A stretch of 64,000 nt of DNA, taken from a bacterium. Its GTDB lineage: Bacteria; Zhuqueibacterota; Zhuqueibacteria; Residuimicrobiales; Krinioviventaceae. The translations under genes and the position numbers were made by a program. Shown piece after piece: positions 49,821 to 58,066 of the stretch (its first letter is position 1; each line of letters begins with the position of its first letter). The notes beneath the pieces are model-generated. The model made no database searches, was not told where the DNA came from, and saw nothing but the letters and a program-made list of their open reading frames with translations. The stretch covers positions 32,001-96,000 of the forward strand of contig CAXXFV010000007.1 of the NCBI GenBank assembly GCA_963674595.2, in the 5' to 3' direction.

Positions 49821-50059
49821 TTTATTTTTTTAATTCGATTAAAATTTAATAAAATTTTTGATCATAAGCTTTAAGAAGGGAAATATGGCATAACGATATT
49901 TTCTGTTTTGGTAGAGATGTTCCAGTTTTCATTTTTTTCAAGACATCTTTGATTCTTTTGGTTACCAAAGGAAATTGTTTTACATGTACAACAACAGGTG
50001 CATTGTTAATATAAAATTGATCCATTATAAATAAATAACAACATTTTTATTAATATTGC

Positions 50060-50073
50060 AAGTTAGCAACCCT
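50060..50073 (+). repeat. Inverted-repeat arm 2L
   Basis: AAGTTAGCAACCCT just 5' of the AAGGAG RBS; exact complement of 50543-50556. Confidence 0.9.
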
Positions 50074-50095
50074 CAAAAAAATAAGGAGATCAATT

Positions 50096-50501
50096 ATGAA
50101 AAATAAATTTCCTATATTTTTTGCTATTATTATTTGTTTATTAATTTTTAGTTTTACGAATTCTTATGCCGTTACTACCGGGGCATGGGCGACTATTGGC
50201 TATGGACCTCCAACAGAAAAAGAAGATGAGGAGTATCTTACTCCTGCAACCGGCGTTGCCTGGGAACTACATATCTCCTGGAGTAATAATTCTGGATACG
50301 TGTCGGCAGAGGCGACCATTAATACCAATGGTGATGGTGTCTATAGCTGGGTTGAAACTAACAGAACCGAGGCATCATATAGTCCTGAACCGGAATGGGG
50401 TGAACCCGTTAACATTTATTCAGGCGCTACGGCCTATGCCTATGTAAAAAGTACGAGTGCGAATACTACGGGTTTGTTCCTGGGCTTTTTATACCTGGTA
50501 A
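50096..50501 (+). CDS. Small secreted beta-rich protein, paralog 2 (apparent +1 G frameshift near 50471)
   Basis: Signal peptide and motifs shared with 49363; removing one G from acgggtt gives the C-terminus VCSWAFYTW* (TAA 50499-50501), matching ICSWAFYSY*. Confidence 0.8.
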
Positions 50502-50542
50502 TTTTAATATTAAATTAAATTTAAATTTGTAGCAAAGTTAAA

Positions 50543-50556
50543 AGGGTTGCTAACTT
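50543..50556 (-). repeat. Inverted-repeat arm 2R
   Basis: AGGGTTGCTAACTT. Confidence 0.9.
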
Positions 50557-50597
50557 TTTATAATTGTTTATGTGTAGTATTTTGCGAGGAAGTCAAT

Positions 50598-52294
50598 ATG
50601 AATGGTAGATTTTTTTCATTGATAATAGTTTTCTTTTTTGGATTTATGTTATTTTGCTCTGATCCTGATAAAAATATAAAAGAAAAAATTGTTCTCAAAT
50701 TAGCTAATATTGAAATTACTCATTATGAAATGCAAAAAAAGAATTGACAGGTTCAAAAAAAAATACAAGCAAATATACCGGCAAGATGCACCAGCGGATT
50801 CTATTGAATCTTATATAAACAGTTTTGCAGATGATGTTTACATATTAGCTGAAGCCTTTAACCGGGGATATTATAACGATGCTGATATTGATTCTCTGGT
50901 AGATTTTATGACCCGAAAAATTTTAACACAGCCAAAACGTGGTCAGGTGTATGAGAGATTGATCCTGGATCGTGTTTAAAATCACGGATGATATACTTTA
51001 TGATGCTTTTAATAAAAACAAAAAAGAGTTTAAATTAAAAATATTAAAATTTGCCGACCATCAGGATATGCACAAAACTCTGGGACCGGACACGCTTTTA
51101 TCTTTGGAACGTTTTGAAAAAGTTGCCCATGAAAATAAAAACAGTCAATTTGTAAATATATTTGAAGCGCCTTTTATTTGGCCGTCTTATGGTATTTGGA
51201 AAGTCCAGGATAAAATATTCCAAATGAAAAAAGGTGAAATTTCACCTCCTTTACATGCTAATGATGGTATTTATATCATTTATGTTAAGGATATTAGTAC
51301 AAGGAACCAAAAAACATTTGAAGAGGAACGTCCATCTCTGGAGTGGAGTTTAAAAAATATTTATGAGGAAAAATTATTTTTAGCGGTAAATGATTCGATG
51401 TTTAAAGCTTGCAATCTGGTTATTAATAATGATGCTTGTGAGGAATTTTTTAAGCTGATTCCATCTTCTTATTCTGTAATATTAGAAAAAGAAACGTTTG
51501 CAGAAATTTTGGGTGATACGATAGAAACCTATCAGTATGACAATGAAAAAAACAATGTTACGGTTGATGGATTTTTAGATTTTTATTCAAAATGTTTAAT
51601 TAAAAAACCAATAATTTCAAAAGATATGTTAAAAGATTATTTAAAAGAGCTGGTTAGGGAAAAGTGCTATTATCAATATGCAAAAAATCATAACATTTTA
51701 GAACAACCCCAATTAAAACTTGATATAAAAAATTATAAAAATAAAGTTGTTTTGTCAAAATTCATTGACAATGAGTTGAAAAAAAATATTAAAGTTTCTG
51801 AAGACGAACTATTACATGAATATGAAAATAATATCAATTCTTTCAAGCAGGTGAAATCAATAATTGCTAATTTGTTTTATTTTAATTCCGATCATCATGC
51901 ATATAAGAGCCTGGAGAAATTAAAAAACTGTTCTGTTGATAGTATTAAATATATTACTAAAGATGGAAATCTGAACGGCTTGTTAAAGACAGAGTTTAAT
52001 AGAAAATTAGATTATAATAGTTCATTGTTTAATGAAATGATTTCAAATAGAATACAAAGACTGCGACCCGAACAATTTAGTTTTCCTCTCAGACTAGAGG
52101 ACGGATCTTTTTTAATTGTACAAAAATTAAATGATCAGGGTAACGTTATTAAATCTTTCGATGAGGTACGAGACTATTTAAATAAAAAATTACTTGATCT
52201 CAAAGTAAATAATGAAAAACCGCTTTTTATTAAAAGTTTGAAAGAGAAATATACACCTGAAATTTCTGTGGATAAAAAACAGTTTTTATTGTGA
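50598..52294 (+). CDS. SurA/PrsA-like parvulin-type peptidyl-prolyl isomerase/chaperone, probable lipoprotein (two apparent +1 frameshifts)
   Basis: GAGG RBS, signal ending MLFC; rotamase-like MKKGEISPPLHANDGIYIIYV and LRPEQFSFPL..EDGSFLIV...KSFDEVR; three ORFs join at A7 (50734-50740) and gtttaaaa (~50975). Confidence 0.75.
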
Positions 52295-52324
52295 TGTTTT
52301 TATAATAGTTATAATCAGGAAAGC

Positions 52325-53258
52325 TCAAAATTTTCTCAAATAAAACTCTGTTTCGTTATACTCGGAAACTACAAGCCGGTTTGAATGAACAAGTCCTTCC
52401 ACAACCGAAAAATTTGTACCCGATTTTTCTGTTAGTTCCAATAGGGCCTGTTTGGTCATCGGATGTACGGATGTTATGCTCAAAATGTCCTTTTCAATGT
52501 TTCCGGTGTATGCAAAATCATTGCCCTCGTAGCCTGTTAGATATTCTACCCGGTCAAAATTTGACTGGAAAATTTGATACAGTTCAATCAGCTTTTGTCC
52601 TTCAGGCGGCTGGGTACGTTTTTCTGCCGGGGGCCGAATGGGTATGCTGATATAGGATTTTTCCGGATTTATTCCTTTAATAAACAGAGATACATTTTTT
52701 ATGTTCTCTGGCGAATCATTTAAATCTTTTACCAGCATGGTTTCGGTAACGAGCGTGCCGTTAAATTCTTGTGAAAATTGAAGGATGCCCTTGAATATAT
52801 CATCGAGACTCAAATCTCTTACAGATCTGTTTATTTTTCTCCACAACGCAGAATCGGCGGCATCAACTTTAACAGAAACCCAATCAGCCTGACATAGTGC
52901 ATCTCTGACATGCTGTGAATGTATAAGCGATGAATTGGTAATAACGGCGATTTTTTTCCCAAACTGTTTCAAGGTTTTTATCAGATTACCAAGATTTTCA
53001 TCCAATGTCGGTTCACCGTCTGCGACAAAAGTCAGATAATCAATGGTTTCTTTGTTTTTTTTCAGCATTTATTATTTTTTCCTGTACGTCATTGATAATC
53101 ATTTCAGGATCATAAAATGTCTGTCGTTTTGATGTCATTTTTCCGGCTTTACCCAGTTGACAGTAAACACAGGAATATGTACATGCCTTTGGTGGTATAT
53201 TGTTAATGCCGATGCTTTTTCCCAATCGCCTTGATGGAACAGGTCCGAATGCAATCAT
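52325..53258 (-). CDS. Radical SAM protein, TYW1-like/COG0731 type (one apparent +1 frameshift at T8 53055-53062)
   Basis: FGPVPSRRLGKSIGIN, CTYSCVYC (CxxxCxxC), DGEPTL, VITNSSL. Confidence 0.85.
52328..52468 (-). repeat. Right direct repeat (3' end of the full-length radical SAM gene)
   Basis: Matches 48785-48925. Confidence 0.95.
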
Positions 53259-53720
53259 ATCAAATCCTATAATAATATTAGTTCTTAACTTTTATATATT
53301 TTGTAAACCAAATTTATAAACCATGCCGGTTTTTCAAAAAAAACATAAAGTAAAATAATAACTGTTATCGGCACGGGAATAAATACGTCGAATACCATTA
53401 AAATCAACAAAACAATTAATGTTATGGTTTTTTCTTTCATAACGATCCATGTTTTTTGTATTAAAGTTATCTTTTTTAAAGCCGTTTGAATGTAATGAAA
53501 TAAAAATAAAATCCAATAAAAAAATGTCCTGTGAGTTTTATGAAAAAAGATTAAAATGATTTTGTGGTTTTTATTTATTAAGTAGTATTTTATAACAGTT
53601 TTTTTTATTTTTAACGGATTCCTTCAAATCCCTGAAAAAAGAAAATTATTTTTATTACTTGCCCGATAACTCCTTTTTGAAAATATTATATATACATTTT
53701 TTATCTGAAACTTGGGAGAT

Positions 53721-55208
53721 ATGATGAATAAATTAGGTATATTAGTTTCTATCCTTTTTTATTGTATTTTTTGTTTTAATGCAGCAGGGCAGGATTCTAC
53801 CCATGTCATTGATATTTCGTCTCAAAAGCAGCTTTTTATAGATGATCTGCTGATTGAATCGTGTCGTGGAATAAGCAAAACCATGAATCTACCGCACCAA
53901 TATGATGAAATTTTATTAGAATGTGATCAGCCCTGGGAAGCCGGACCGGAAAGTAAAGTTGCTGCTTATAGCAGTGTCTTGAAAGAGAAGAATAAAATTC
54001 GATTGTGGTATGATTTGTATAACAGCAAAACGAAAGAACGTTGTGTTGCTTATGCGGAATCAGATGACGGTTTGCATTTTAAAAAACCAAAGCTTGGCTT
54101 AATTAATGTTAACGGTTCACGGGAAAATAACCTGGTTATACCCGGCACAATCGGCGGGTGTTCCGTCTGGATAGATAGGCATGCTCCGGAGAATGAACGA
54201 TATAAAACCCAGGCAAAAATTTATCCAAGCCAGGAATTCCAAATTCACACTTCTGCTGACGGACTCAACTGGAAGTCCTTTGCCAAGCCGAATATCGGTA
54301 ACAAAGACACGCAAACAATTATATTTTGGGATAGTGCTGTATCAAGATATGTTATGTACACCAGAAAGTGGTTTAAATTCGAAAATAAAGATGATAATTT
54401 TAGATGTGTGCGTCGATTAGAGTCTGATGATTTAGTCAACTGGGACAATGAGATGATTGTTATGGAACCGGACTCTCTGGACAGGGCTTTGTATAAAACA
54501 CCAACCGGTCAGTTGCCGGTTGATTATTATGGCGCGCTGGTTTTCAAATACCCGAATGATCAGGGAATGTATATGATGCTGGCGCAAACATTTTGGCACT
54601 GGTTTGGCCGACAGCCCCTAAACCGTTTGGGACCGAATGCTATTGATGTCAGACTGGCTGCAAGTCGGGATGGTAAAAAGTTTTCTTTTTCGGGCAATCG
54701 TATGCCGTTTTTAAACCTTGGACGCGAGGACAGTTTTTATTCCAAAATGGTATGGGCTTTGCCGAATCCGGTTATTATGGATGATGAAATATGGATATAT
54801 TTTGCCGGAAGCAATCAGGACCATGCCGGATATTTAGATCCTACAGTAAAGAGTTTCAAGTCCGGAATAGGACGTGCTGTTTTACGGCTGGACGGATTTG
54901 TTTCAATAGACGCGGACTTTCAGGGCGGAGAGATCATTACACCGTTATTAAAGTTCATGGGCAAAAATCTTGAACTGAACATGCAAACCAGTGGCGGCGG
55001 ATGTGTTCGTGTTGAAATTCTGGATGAAAAAAACCAGCCTATTGATGGCTTTCAATTGTCTGAAGCTGTTCCTCTTTGTGGAAATTCGGTACGAATGCCG
55101 GTTAAATGGGAACAAACAGATGATGTGAGCTGTTTGTCCGGAAAAACTATAAAATTACGTTTTGTTATTAAAGCCTGCAAGTTGTATGCTTTTCAGTTCA
55201 AACAATGA
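53721..55208 (+). CDS. Secreted five-bladed beta-propeller glycosidase-like protein (GH32/43/130 clan-like)
   Basis: Signal peptide, QLFIDD, YAESDDGLHF.KP, SADGLNW, SRDG, LRLDGFVS, LYAFQF tail. Confidence 0.7.
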   Translation: MMNKLGILVSILFYCIFCFNAAGQDSTHVIDISSQKQLFIDDLLIESCRGISKTMNLPHQYDEILLECDQPWEAGPESKVAAYSSVLKEKNKIRLWYDLYNSKTKERCVAYAESDDGLHFKKPKLGLINVNGSRENNLVIPGTIGGCSVWIDRHAPENERYKTQAKIYPSQEFQIHTSADGLNWKSFAKPNIGNKDTQTIIFWDSAVSRYVMYTRKWFKFENKDDNFRCVRRLESDDLVNWDNEMIVMEPDSLDRALYKTPTGQLPVDYYGALVFKYPNDQGMYMMLAQTFWHWFGRQPLNRLGPNAIDVRLAASRDGKKFSFSGNRMPFLNLGREDSFYSKMVWALPNPVIMDDEIWIYFAGSNQDHAGYLDPTVKSFKSGIGRAVLRLDGFVSIDADFQGGEIITPLLKFMGKNLELNMQTSGGGCVRVEILDEKNQPIDGFQLSEAVPLCGNSVRMPVKWEQTDDVSCLSGKTIKLRFVIKACKLYAFQFKQ

Positions 55209-55242
55209 TGATTTGTAAAAATTAATATATAGGAGCTGATTC

Positions 55243-56292
55243 ATGAACAACACCAAATCACTGCCTGTAGAAATTGTTTTTCAACCGTCCTGGTGGTTTC
55301 ATCATGAAGGATTGACTTTTGACGAGGATTTCTTTTTTCATCCGCTAAAAAGGGTGGAGGCTGAAAGAAAAATGGAAAAGGCCCTATACGATAGATGGGG
55401 ACAATATGGCTTTGGCTGCGATAAAGACAAAGACCTGCCGTTAATCGGCGCCACTCATTTGGCTGCCGGATTTTTATTGTCTGAAATGCTGGGCTGTCAT
55501 GTAGAATACAAACAGGATACACCTCCTCAGGTTGTTCCTGCTCATTTTGAAAAACTCTCTGTTTCGGCTGATAAAGCTTTTCAAACAAATGCTTTTAAAA
55601 AGCTTGAAAATCTTGTCGAGAGTTTAAAAAAGAGCTATGGTTATGTTACCGGTGATGTTAACTGGGGCGGTATTTTAAATCTGGCGCTTGATTTACGCGG
55701 GGATATTTTTTTTATCGATCTGTTTGATAATCCGCAGGATTCTATAAAATTCCTCTCTGAAATTAATAATGTCATCGAACAATTTACAGACTATATGTTG
55801 TATAACACAGGTTCCACATCCATAAGTGTGAATAGAAATGTACACAATTTTGACAAGCGTGTTTTTCTTCACAGCGAGTGCAGCCATACCATGATTTCAG
55901 TTGAAGATTATGAAAAATACTTGCAGCCGTTTGATATAAAGTGGAGCCAAAAATATCAACCCTATGGCATTCATTATTGCGGACCGGACCCCGACAGATA
56001 TGCCGAATCCTTTGCCAAAATACCACAGTTGCATTTTCTGGATGTGGGATGGGGCGGTGATATTGCCGCCCTGCGAAAACATTTGCCCAATACATTCTTA
56101 AACATTCGGCTGAGTCCGGTTGATATTGTTAACCAATCGGAAGAGGAAATTCGGACCAGTATTATCGAACGTGTGACCGCATCCGGTAATTTAGAACTTA
56201 CCGGTGTGTGCTGTATTAACATGGATGAACATATCACTGATAATAAAGTGACAACAATACTGGAAACTGTCCGGGACCTCTGGCAGGCATAA
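55243..56292 (+). CDS. UroD/MtaA-like TIM-barrel protein
   Basis: GILNLALDLRG, SECSHTMIS, IHYCG, CCIN. Confidence 0.65.
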   Translation: MNNTKSLPVEIVFQPSWWFHHEGLTFDEDFFFHPLKRVEAERKMEKALYDRWGQYGFGCDKDKDLPLIGATHLAAGFLLSEMLGCHVEYKQDTPPQVVPAHFEKLSVSADKAFQTNAFKKLENLVESLKKSYGYVTGDVNWGGILNLALDLRGDIFFIDLFDNPQDSIKFLSEINNVIEQFTDYMLYNTGSTSISVNRNVHNFDKRVFLHSECSHTMISVEDYEKYLQPFDIKWSQKYQPYGIHYCGPDPDRYAESFAKIPQLHFLDVGWGGDIAALRKHLPNTFLNIRLSPVDIVNQSEEEIRTSIIERVTASGNLELTGVCCINMDEHITDNKVTTILETVRDLWQA

Positions 56293-56375
56293 CACCGCCC
56301 CTTTGCGGTGGATTGATATAAATTTTTAATTATAATTAGTGTTGTGATAAATTTAAACCATCTGTGGAGAATACT

Positions 56376-57146
56376 ATGCGACAATTTAAAACAGCTATTG
56401 TTTCCCTCGTACTCTTGATTACCCTGAGTTCTGTTTTTGCTTTAACTGATGAGAAAACGCAGTATAAAACAACAGTTCCGACGATTCAAACCGTAGAATG
56501 GGCTGTGAAATGGTGGGGACCACGACATGAAGAAAAAGTTCAACAGGTTAAACAGGGAAATGTGGATTTGCTTTTAATCGGTAATTCCATAACTCACGGC
56601 TGGGAAAATGAAAATGGTATTAATGTGTGGAACAAATACTATAAACACCGCCATGCCGTTAATCTCGGATTCAGCGGAGACCGAACCGAACATGTTCTCT
56701 GGCGTTTACAAAACGGAGAAATTGATAATATTTCACCCAAACTCGCAGTGGTAATGATCGGAACAAACAATACCGGTCAACGCCGGGACCCGGTTGAAGA
56801 AACAGCCGCCGGCGTCAAAGCGATTCTTGATCAAGTGCAAAGTAAATTACCTGAGACGAAAATTCTGCTGCTGGCAATTTTCCCCAGATCAGAATTGCCC
56901 GGTGATTCTCTTCGTGTGATGAATGAAGAGATAAACAATATTATTTCCGGATATGCCGATAATCAGCGTATCTATTTCCTGGATATTAATGATAAATTTC
57001 TTGATGACAACGGAGTCCTCACCAAAGAGATTATGCCTGATTTTTTACATCCCAATGAAAAGGGATACCGGATTTGGGCGGAAAGTATGGAACCGATGGT
57101 GAGTGAATTGCTGGGAGACCAGGCTGTATCGAATTGTTCTGAATAA
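56376..57146 (+). CDS. SGNH/GDSL esterase (PAF-acetylhydrolase IB-like), secreted
   Basis: GNSIT, GFSGDRTEHVLWRL, IGTNN, PDFLHP. Confidence 0.9.
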   Translation: MRQFKTAIVSLVLLITLSSVFALTDEKTQYKTTVPTIQTVEWAVKWWGPRHEEKVQQVKQGNVDLLLIGNSITHGWENENGINVWNKYYKHRHAVNLGFSGDRTEHVLWRLQNGEIDNISPKLAVVMIGTNNTGQRRDPVEETAAGVKAILDQVQSKLPETKILLLAIFPRSELPGDSLRVMNEEINNIISGYADNQRIYFLDINDKFLDDNGVLTKEIMPDFLHPNEKGYRIWAESMEPMVSELLGDQAVSNCSE

Positions 57147-57174
57147 AGACGTTTGAGATAACGGTTTAAAATGT

Positions 57175-57215
57175 AAAATCCTCAAAGAAACTGGGAATTT
57201 TTGAGGATTTTTTAT
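57175..57215. terminator. Bidirectional intrinsic terminator
   Basis: aaaatcctcaaa...tttgaggattttt between convergent genes. Confidence 0.75.
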
Positions 57216-57262
57216 TTTTACGGATGTTAAAAGTTATTATAAAAGCTGTATTAGACTAAAGT

Positions 57263-58048
57263 TTATAGTGTGTCTTGAAAAATTTCTCCCTCCCATATAT
57301 TCAAAGCCCCAAACACCCCAAATCCGTTTTCAACTGTTGAAATAGGGGGCTGATAGGTATTGAGTTTCAGAATAACGGGACTGGTAATATATTCCGTCAT
57401 GTTGTGGTCATAGGCGATAATTTTAAGAAAGATACCCTTCTTTGGTGCAGCATCTATAGGGATACTGATTCGCTTCTGATCGCTTTCTTTAATGGTCCTT
57501 TTAAAATATTCCTTACCATCAATGCCGCAATAAATATCATACATCCCCGCAAGTGAATCCGGCATAACTTCAAAAGTCACACTGTTGTTTTCAATTTTCA
57601 GGGAATTCTCTTTTATGTGCGGTTTATAGGGTATGGTTGTTCGGGCTGTTAAAACCGGCCAACCGTTTTTATAACAATAAAGGGAAAATGTTTTGCCGGC
57701 GGTCGGAAAAAACATTTTGTTCCTGTATTCCGGTTCTATATTTTCCCCAAAGTTTGTATAATTAAACCACACCGAATCCGGTGTTGATGCATTTTGGTCT
57801 ATAACGATTACGGTTGCGTCAGGTATATCCGTATCATCCGGTTCTTTTTCCTGGACCGAATAGGACCCTTCCAGGTGAATATAGGATTGTGGCAGTTCCA
57901 TCAGGCTGTCAGGACGTAAAATGCCGAATACATTCAGTTTTGGAACATATCCGTGTTCGTCAATATAAATCGGCTGCGGACCGTATCCTGTTATGGGATT
58001 TTCACAGGAAAGAGATAAAAGAAACAATAAAAAGAATAATTTTTTCAC
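57263..58048 (-). CDS. DUF4249-like lipoprotein
   Basis: Lipobox SLSC, DATV, ARTTIP, STVENGFGVFGA; directly after a TonB receptor. Confidence 0.75.
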   Translation of the reverse strand: MKKLFFLLFLLSLSCENPITGYGPQPIYIDEHGYVPKLNVFGILRPDSLMELPQSYIHLEGSYSVQEKEPDDTDIPDATVIVIDQNASTPDSVWFNYTNFGENIEPEYRNKMFFPTAGKTFSLYCYKNGWPVLTARTTIPYKPHIKENSLKIENNSVTFEVMPDSLAGMYDIYCGIDGKEYFKRTIKESDQKRISIPIDAAPKKGIFLKIIAYDHNMTEYITSPVILKLNTYQPPISTVENGFGVFGALNIWEGEIFQDTL

Positions 58049-58066
58049 GTACCAAATTCCTTTGAA

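Larger units (their letters stand above)
48926..52324. mobile_element. Small AT-rich genomic island between direct repeats; no integrase inside
   Basis: Flanked by the 141-bp duplication and visibly AT-richer than the flanks. Confidence 0.6.

Noticed and set aside
49804-50068. attC site between the two paralogs
   Set aside because: The putative R'' and R' boxes are ~250 bp apart with no internal L-box palindrome, the first reads TGCTAGC rather than ...AAC, and no intI is present; kept only as a minor alternative
50547-50597. Upstream extension of the chaperone ORF from TTG 50547
   Set aside because: ATG 50598 has a GAGG RBS and begins a signal peptide
48223-53062. Programmed ribosomal frameshifting at gtttaaaa and poly-A runs
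   Set aside because: These families are not known to use it, and five clustered single-base insertions in unrelated genes fit assembly error or slippage better
53334-53516. 60-aa minus-strand ORF upstream of the radical SAM gene
   Set aside because: Non-ATG start, no motif, AT-rich intergenic context
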